A stretch of 64,000 bases of DNA from Lysobacterales bacterium (GTDB lineage: Bacteria > Pseudomonadota > Gammaproteobacteria > Xanthomonadales > Rhodanobacteraceae). This document shows, piece after piece, positions 57,783 to 64,000 of this stretch. Every line of letters starts with the position of its first letter. Position 1 is the first letter of the stretch. Where the stretch lies: assembly GCA_038233665.1 (NCBI GenBank), contig JBBSVJ010000001.1, positions 13,781-77,780 on the forward strand, in the 5' to 3' direction. The position numbers and the translations under genes are program-made. Below the pieces are notes generated by a model. The model searched no databases and was not told the DNA's origin. It saw nothing but the letters and a program-made list of their open reading frames with translations.

Positions 57783-59162
57783 TTATCGCTCACTCTCTGC
57801 TGTTTCCGAACTGCGCAAACGACGCTGGATCTCGACGCGGGCCTCGCGCAGGATGGAATCGCGATCGAGGCTGGCGACGATGTCGCTGACCACACGCTTG
57901 GCACCTAGTTCGCCCCACGATTTTCCGGCGGCCAGATAACGATCAGCGGCGCGGCCGACGATCTCGGTGGCATACCAGGCCAGCGCTCCCTGGGCGGTCG
58001 CGGTCAGCACGGTCGAGAGACCGGCACTGATGCCCTTGAGTGCCGAGGCAACCAGATGGATACCCCAGATTGCACCCATCAACGCGGCGAGTTGCCCGCA
58101 AATGGTGGCGATCAAGCCGCCCGCCTCGCGCCGCGTGATCGGCAAACCATAGACCCGAGCCAGATGCATGACCAAGGCGGCATCGAGCGCGCCAGCGGCG
58201 AGCAGATCGGCGACTGGAATAGGATTGAGCGCAACCGCGATACTTTTCGCGATGCAGTATTGGCGGATGACCTTGGCACTGAGTTCGCAACGCGCGACGA
58301 CGATGCGCTGGGCAACCACATCGGTCAATCGTCCGGCGAACAAGCTGGCATTGAGTGCCGACAAGGTGCGGCCTTCGCGGGTCAGCACATCAGTCAGTCG
58401 CGTTCGAAGCGCATCGATGTTGGCCGCCTGGCGAATCAGCTCGACCTGCTCGTGACCTTCGGCATCCAGCGAAACACGGCGCAGCGGCGGTGGCTGCGCG
58501 CTGACCGCGACCACATCCTCGGGCTGCACAAGGCCGGCGGCGTGCTCACGCAATCGAGTCAGAAGACGCGTGAGTTCGGCCTCGTCGTAGCGATCGGCCT
58601 TGTTCAGGGCGAGCAGCAACGGCCGCTCGGTTTGCGCGAGCTGCACCAGCGCATCGCGCTCTCGCGTGGTCATGTCGCCATCGACGACGAAGACAACCAG
58701 ATCGCTGATCCCGGCCACCTCGACCGCCAGTTGTTCGCGCGCCTCGCCATCGAGTTCGTCGATGCCGGGTGTGTCAATCAAATGCACCCCGCTGCCCGCC
58801 ACTTGCTGCCAAGGCTTGGGCGTCGCCTCGCGGGTGGTGCCATGCAAAACGCCCACCTCGAATGCATTTTCGCCGAGCAGGGCATTGGCCAGCGCCGACT
58901 TGCCAACGCTGACGCGACCAAACACGGCCAGGTGCAACTCATCGCGCTCGAGTTTTCCGAGCATCGCTTCAAGGCGAGAGAAATCCGCTGCAAGCGAACT
59001 GCGCACGGACGCCGGCACCTGTGGGTCTTCGAGTAGCGCGCGCAGGCTTTCCTCGGCTTGGCCATGATGCGTGTCGGCCTTAGCTGGCACAGCACGGGCG
59101 GCATCTTGCGCTGGCGAGAATTGATCGCGCAGGCGTCGCCACATCGAGTCGAAAGGATTCAC
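57783..59162 (-). CDS. Era-like GTPase fused to a DUF697/YcjF-like domain
   Basis: G1 GRVSVGKS, G2 GTT, G3 DTPG and G4 NKAD. C-terminal ALNPIPVAD...LARVYG. Confidence 0.82.
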   Translation of the reverse strand: MNPFDSMWRRLRDQFSPAQDAARAVPAKADTHHGQAEESLRALLEDPQVPASVRSSLAADFSRLEAMLGKLERDELHLAVFGRVSVGKSALANALLGENAFEVGVLHGTTREATPKPWQQVAGSGVHLIDTPGIDELDGEAREQLAVEVAGISDLVVFVVDGDMTTRERDALVQLAQTERPLLLALNKADRYDEAELTRLLTRLREHAAGLVQPEDVVAVSAQPPPLRRVSLDAEGHEQVELIRQAANIDALRTRLTDVLTREGRTLSALNASLFAGRLTDVVAQRIVVARCELSAKVIRQYCIAKSIAVALNPIPVADLLAAGALDAALVMHLARVYGLPITRREAGGLIATICGQLAALMGAIWGIHLVASALKGISAGLSTVLTATAQGALAWYATEIVGRAADRYLAAGKSWGELGAKRVVSDIVASLDRDSILREARVEIQRRLRSSETAESER

Positions 59163-59177
59163 CTTGGCGTCGTGAGC

Positions 59178-59726
59178 CTAGAGCTTGGCGCCGAGTTCGA
59201 GGTGACCCTTGATTTCGACTTTGTCCGCGATTGTCGAGGTGTCGGCGTAGTCACCGCTGCCGACGTTGAAATCGAGGCGATTGACTTCGGTTGAAATATC
59301 GAGCGTGCCGCCGGCATCCTTTGATTCAAAGCTCACCTTGAGATTCACCGGCTTGTTGATGCCCTTGATCGTCAGCGTGCCTTCGGCAATCACCTGATCG
59401 CCGGAGCGTTTGAATTGACGGGTTACAAAATGCGCATTCGGGAATTTTCCGATATCGAAAAAGTCTGCACCAGACAGCGCTTCGTCGCGATCCTTGTCGC
59501 CGGTGGTGACGCTGGCCAGATCGACAATGACATCGAATTTCGCGCTTTCGATATGCGTCGAGTCGTAGCGGATCTGTGCTTCGAACTTGCGGAAACTACC
59601 GGTAAAATTTTCACCCTGAAAAGTGCCCGAGAAGGTCAGTGTGCTGCCTTTCTCAAGCTGATAGTCGGCGGCCATCGCGTTGCCGCCGATGGCGCACAGG
59701 GCAAGCAGTGCGGATACAAGTTTCAT
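59178..59726 (-). CDS. YceI family periplasmic protein
   Basis: Signal peptide, SVTTG..DRD, FFD..KFP, GTLTIKG and NRLDF. Confidence 0.9.
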   Translation of the reverse strand: MKLVSALLALCAIGGNAMAADYQLEKGSTLTFSGTFQGENFTGSFRKFEAQIRYDSTHIESAKFDVIVDLASVTTGDKDRDEALSGADFFDIGKFPNAHFVTRQFKRSGDQVIAEGTLTIKGINKPVNLKVSFESKDAGGTLDISTEVNRLDFNVGSGDYADTSTIADKVEIKGHLELGAKL

Positions 59727-60298
59727 TGCCGATCTCCGGATTTTTTCGAGCGCAGTCGCGCGAATGGAAGCATACGCAACAAGGTGTTGTCGCGTTCGAA
59801 TACATGATGAACAAGCGCCCCGCCCACATGTACGACGAGCACGGCCGTGAGTACCCAGAACAGGATTTCATGGGTTTCGCCCGCGATGTCGCTGATGGCT
59901 TCGTTTTTTTCCACGAGTGCAGGCAGGTTGAACCACTTGAACCACTGCAGTGGATAGCCATGTGCCGAGTTGTAGACCCAGCCACTCAGCGGAATCGCCA
60001 GCATGAAAAGATAGAGCACGCCGTGCGATGCATGGGCCGCAAGACGTTGCCAACGCGGCATCGGCTCATCAAGGGGTTTGCGATCAAACATGCGCCAGCA
60101 CACGCGCAGGATGAGCAGGCCGAGCACGGTTAGTCCGACCGACTTGTGGATGGCGAAGATATTGAGTTTGCTCATGCCGCGCGACATGTCGACCATGATC
60201 AGGCCAAGCACACCATTGCCGAGAATGGCGAGCGCCATCAACCAATGCAGCCATTGGGCGATGCTGCCCCAGCGCGAGTCGTTACTTTTCAGTGGCAT
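59723..60298 (-). CDS. Cytochrome b561 (YceJ/CybB-like)
   Basis: LHWLMA, IHKSVG, THE and VHVGGALVHH haem-ligand His residues in 4 TM helices. Confidence 0.92.
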   Translation of the reverse strand: MPLKSNDSRWGSIAQWLHWLMALAILGNGVLGLIMVDMSRGMSKLNIFAIHKSVGLTVLGLLILRVCWRMFDRKPLDEPMPRWQRLAAHASHGVLYLFMLAIPLSGWVYNSAHGYPLQWFKWFNLPALVEKNEAISDIAGETHEILFWVLTAVLVVHVGGALVHHVFERDNTLLRMLPFARLRSKKSGDRQ

Positions 60299-60908
60299 CG
60301 GTTGGAATCTCCTGGCGACGACTGCGAATACCTTCGACCTCGATACGCAGGTCGACGGGGCCTGCGACCACCTCGCGAAATGATGTCATGCCGAAATCAA
60401 AGCGGTTGAGTGTCGTGGTGGCGGTGAATCCTGCCTTTGTTTTGAATGCATATGGATCGCGGCCCTCACCGTTGAAGGTGACCTCAAGGTCGATATTCCG
60501 GTGCGAGCCGCGCAGCCAGAGCTCCCCATGCAATATGCCGGAGTGGGCGGATTTCTTTTCCAGCGTGTTGCCGATGAAGTGTGCTGTCGGCGAATCCGAG
60601 GTATCGAGAAAGGCATGACCGCTCACCTTTTCGGTCCAGTCAGTGTTGCCCATGTCGAGTGAGCGCATATCAATGATGATATCGGCCCGCGCGCTCGACC
60701 AGTCATCGGCATCAAACTGGAACCAGCCCTGCTTGATCTTGAGCCGACCGATTCCGTGCGAAAAACCGAGGTGATCAGCAAAGAACACGATTTGCGTATG
60801 CAGCGGATCAAGAATCCAGGTTTGTGGATCGGCCGCGTGCCCCGTTTGGCTGGCGGCCAAGCCGAACAGCGGAGCAAGAGTGAGCAGATGGAAAATTCGC
60901 AGGGGCAT
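60282..60908 (-). CDS. YceI family periplasmic protein
   Basis: Signal peptide MPLRIF...GHAA, WILDPLHT, HLGFS and LNRFDFGM. Confidence 0.88.
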   Translation of the reverse strand: MPLRIFHLLTLAPLFGLAASQTGHAADPQTWILDPLHTQIVFFADHLGFSHGIGRLKIKQGWFQFDADDWSSARADIIIDMRSLDMGNTDWTEKVSGHAFLDTSDSPTAHFIGNTLEKKSAHSGILHGELWLRGSHRNIDLEVTFNGEGRDPYAFKTKAGFTATTTLNRFDFGMTSFREVVAGPVDLRIEVEGIRSRRQEIPTDATEK

Positions 60909-60978
60909 TGGTTGAGCTTGGCAAATTGGCTGCGCGTTAGCCAGCCCATGGGAAAGTCGGTTTGTCATCGCAATTCGC

Positions 60979-62409
60979 TCAATTGTCGTCATCAGGCTTG
61001 GCATCGCGCTTGCGCAAGCTGTCGATGACCACTCGCGCAACGCGTTCCACACGTTCGCGGCTCGGCTCGGTCAATAGCGTTCGCATGGTTTGTTCGGCTT
61101 CGGCCTGATCGAGCCGAGCATGCTCGGCCAAGGTCAGGGCGATGGCACGGCCGAGTGAATCAAAAGCCAGGCCGTAGGCGATCGCATGCAAAACGCCACC
61201 GCCCAGTGTGCCCAGACCCGGGAACGCCTTCAGTGCGTTACCGGCAATCGCGAGCACAATCGCTGTGGTATTGCGCAGGGTCAGGCCGAGTCGGGCGAGC
61301 AGATTTTCAACATCGAGTTCGCGTACTGGAACATCGTGGATGCGAGCGAGTTCACGCACCATCGCGGTGCCGAGCGCGCCCTGGATGATGATGTCGCTGC
61401 CCGGTGCGACCGCCGCCATCGCGCCAACCACCGCACGACGCGTGTAACGGATTACCGTGGCCTCGGATTCGCGCACGGCAACACTTTGTGCGAGCACATG
61501 GCTGCGCTGATCGACACGGCTAAGCACGGCGGCTTCCCGAGCCGGTTCAAGATCTTCTGCGCCGCCTGCGGTGACTTGCGTCAGCGCGCGGGTCAGCGAC
61601 TCGATATCGGCCACTCGATCGCGGGTGATCTGTTCGACCCGACCATCATCGAGATGCCGCTCGAAACGTTCCATTCCACCTGCACTGATGCCAACGATTG
61701 CGCGACATATCGAGTCGTAGCGTTTGGCGAAGGTGCTGAGCAACTCCCCGCGCTCGTTGTCATCAAACCGATCGATCTTGTTCAGCGCGAGGATCAACGG
61801 TTTTCCAAAATCGGCCAGCCAGCGCAATTCCGCATCCTGAGCGCGGGTCAGATCGGAGGAAACCAAGTAGATCACGGCATGCGCGCGCAGGGCTTCGTCG
61901 CGGGCAAGCTGCTCGCGTTGATTGCCCGAAACTTCGCCGGTGCCCGGCATATCCGCCAAGATCAGCTCGCGGCCATCGGGCAGGCTGCCGTGAAAGTGCT
62001 TGATCCAGCGCGTGGTGCCGCCAATCACATCAATCTCTGGCGCAGATTCGCTGGCCAGCACGCGAATGAGGCTCGACTTGCCCGTGCTGATTTCGCCAAA
62101 CAGGGCGACGTGGCATTCGCCACTCAAGCGTCGGCGATCCAGTTCCAGCAACTCCTGCTGCAAACTTGAGGCATCGGCATCACGGGTCTGCAACTCCGCC
62201 ACGCGTGCCTCGACGGATTGTCTATCCGGCAAGCTGTCGACTTTGCGTCTGGCACTGCGCCGCGAGGTCGGGCGCAACAACTTCCAGGCCAGCCAGCAGG
62301 CGGCGCCGAACGCGGCAGCGACGATGATGATCAATGGAACGCGCAGAAGCAGGGGAAGGGCCGCGAGGCGCTCGTAAAACTCGAGCAAGCCATTAACCAT
62401 GCCGATCAT
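60979..62409 (-). CDS. Membrane-anchored Era-like GTPase fused to a DUF697-like domain
   Basis: N-terminal TM helix, G1 GEISTGKS, G2 GTT, G3 DMPG and G4 NKID. The frame extends upstream to an ATG at 62487 but has a TGA at codon 3. Confidence 0.82.
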   Translation of the reverse strand: MIGMVNGLLEFYERLAALPLLLRVPLIIIVAAAFGAACWLAWKLLRPTSRRSARRKVDSLPDRQSVEARVAELQTRDADASSLQQELLELDRRRLSGECHVALFGEISTGKSSLIRVLASESAPEIDVIGGTTRWIKHFHGSLPDGRELILADMPGTGEVSGNQREQLARDEALRAHAVIYLVSSDLTRAQDAELRWLADFGKPLILALNKIDRFDDNERGELLSTFAKRYDSICRAIVGISAGGMERFERHLDDGRVEQITRDRVADIESLTRALTQVTAGGAEDLEPAREAAVLSRVDQRSHVLAQSVAVRESEATVIRYTRRAVVGAMAAVAPGSDIIIQGALGTAMVRELARIHDVPVRELDVENLLARLGLTLRNTTAIVLAIAGNALKAFPGLGTLGGGVLHAIAYGLAFDSLGRAIALTLAEHARLDQAEAEQTMRTLLTEPSRERVERVARVVIDSLRKRDAKPDDDN

Positions 62410-62581
62410 CAGCCAAACAACGACGATGACAGCAATGGCCAGCAGGCCGAGCAGGATGAGGCGGAGCGGAAGACGTGATCAAGACATGCGCTTGATTCTA
62501 TCGTGCCACGAGTACGCCGCATGCTGGTCGATTGCAATGACTGCGTGGCACCATCGACAGGAACCGGAGAAGGGGTGTCAC

Positions 62582-64000
62582 ATGGAACGATTCGTAATCT
62601 TCATCGCAGTGTGGCTGCTTTCGGTTTCGGCAGTGGCCGCACCGCCGCCATCAGAACCCTGGTTCGAGTTGTTGGGCACCGCTGACGGTTTGCCTTCAAG
62701 CGGTGTCTACGGCGTGCGCCAAGGCAACGATGGATTTATCTGGATCGGTACGCGTGATGGCTTGGCCCGCTACGACGGCGTTGACTTCCGCGTCTGGCGA
62801 CACGACCCCGAAGACCGCGCATCGCTGGCCAGCAACGATGTCTCGGCGCTGTTGATCGACAGCAAGGGACGGGTCTGGTGCGGTGGCGAGGCCTCCGGAC
62901 TCAATGAGCAGCTTGCCGATGGTGGATTCCGGCACTACCGGCACGATGCCACGAATCCGCACAGCCTGAGCAGCGACGAGGTCTTCACGATCGCCGAAGA
63001 CAGTTCGGGAACGATCTGGGTCGGCACCTGGCTGGGCGGACTCAATCGCTTGCGTGAAGACGGCAGCTTTGAGCGTATCGAGCACGATGCAGAAAACCCT
63101 CAAAGTTTGAGCTCGACCACCGTGATCAGCTTGGCTGGCGATGCGTCGGGTCGCTTGTGGATTGGCACCGACCATGGATTGGATGTGCGCGAGGCCGATG
63201 GTCGCATCGTGCACGTTGCGTTGCCGCCACTGGAAACCAAGGCGGATAGCCTGTCGATCGGCAGCCTCAGTGCGCAGGACGACGGCAGCATGCTGGTCGG
63301 TACGGATTACGGTGTGGCCAGGGTGGGCAGTGATCTTCAGTTCGCTGGACTCCTGACCGAAACCCCATCACGTATGGCGACCATGGCCATCGTCAGCGAA
63401 TCGGATTCCGAATACTGGGTAGGCACAACGGCCGGACTGATCCATCTGCAGGGCCAGGAGCAGCATCGCTACGGCGGCGGCGATGCCTTGCCGGGCGAGT
63501 TGCCATCGGCGCGGGTGCTGGATGTGATGCGTGATCACGAAGGTGGTTTGTGGATATCGATGTTCGATGCCGGCATCGCGCGCTTGCCGGCACGTTGGCG
63601 GAATTTTTCGGTTTGGCGGCATCGCGTCGGCCAGGAAAACAGCTTGCTGCACAATCAAGCCGAAGGCGTCAGTGTGGATGGCGATGGCGGTATCTGGGTC
63701 AGCAGCGGTCGCGATGGAATCGATCACATCGACGCGATGACCGGTGATGTTGTGCACCATGGTGCGCGCTTGAAGGCTGCCGGAAGCCAGCTTCGATCCT
63801 TGCTTCAGATTGGCAAAGTGCTCTGGGTAGGCCATCAGCGCGGTATTCGCGTGTACTCACTCGATGATGGCCGGATGCTCGAGTTACCGGTGGCCGACAA
63901 TTCTGCGCAGGCCTTGCCGCGCGGTTTCGTCAATCGCCTTTTGCAAGATGCCGAGGGTCGGATCTGGGCGAGTCTGCGTGGCGGTGGTGTGTCTCGCATC
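62582..64000 (+). CDS. Ligand-binding beta-propeller sensor protein (two-component regulator propeller repeats), 3'-truncated
   Basis: Manual translation: MERFVIFIAVWLLSVSAVAA...ADGLPSSGV...DGFIWIGTRDGLARYDG with repeated D..G.(L/I)W.GT..GL units. The output domain is outside the window. Confidence 0.88.
   Translation, partial: MERFVIFIAVWLLSVSAVAAPPPSEPWFELLGTADGLPSSGVYGVRQGNDGFIWIGTRDGLARYDGVDFRVWRHDPEDRASLASNDVSALLIDSKGRVWCGGEASGLNEQLADGGFRHYRHDATNPHSLSSDEVFTIAEDSSGTIWVGTWLGGLNRLREDGSFERIEHDAENPQSLSSTTVISLAGDASGRLWIGTDHGLDVREADGRIVHVALPPLETKADSLSIGSLSAQDDGSMLVGTDYGVARVGSDLQFAGLLTETPSRMATMAIVSESDSEYWVGTTAGLIHLQGQEQHRYGGGDALPGELPSARVLDVMRDHEGGLWISMFDAGIARLPARWRNFSVWRHRVGQENSLLHNQAEGVSVDGDGGIWVSSGRDGIDHIDAMTGDVVHHGARLKAAGSQLRSLLQIGKVLWVGHQRGIRVYSLDDGRMLELPVADNSAQALPRGFVNRLLQDAEGRIWASLRGGGVSRI

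Overview
GC-rich chromosomal window, most likely from a Xanthomonadales/Rhodanobacteraceae-type gammaproteobacterium (inferred from gene content and repeat style, not verified). It is mostly core or metabolic genes: ETF-QO, an Mla/Pqi-like ABC system, hrpA, relA, mrcB, a DinG/YoaA helicase, cspA, thrABC, rpsU-yqeY-dnaG, tsaD, folB and folK. These are interspersed with large secreted modular proteins. I found no rRNA, tRNA, CRISPR array, transposase or prophage. The most striking unexplained feature is a non-coding array of five 46-49 nt tandem units (44289-44532) directly downstream of the cspA terminator. On the minus strand it folds into paired hairpins with GGA in 7 loops and compensatory stem changes, like a CsrB/RsmZ-type protein-sponge RNA. 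Other highlights: a recurring D/E-x-I-F-x-D-G-F-E peptide at the C-termini of two secreted proteins, with variants inside two others; a five-gene operon with two GTPase-DUF697-like fusions flanking yceI-cytochrome b561-yceI; a thr attenuator whose leader contains Met as well as Thr and Ile; a doubly frameshifted toxin-antitoxin pair; a perfect FNR box before a truncated haemoglobin-TPMT operon; an in-frame 174-bp inverted-repeat element inside hrpA; and an orphan Anbu protease. All family assignments come from motif recognition, not database searches.
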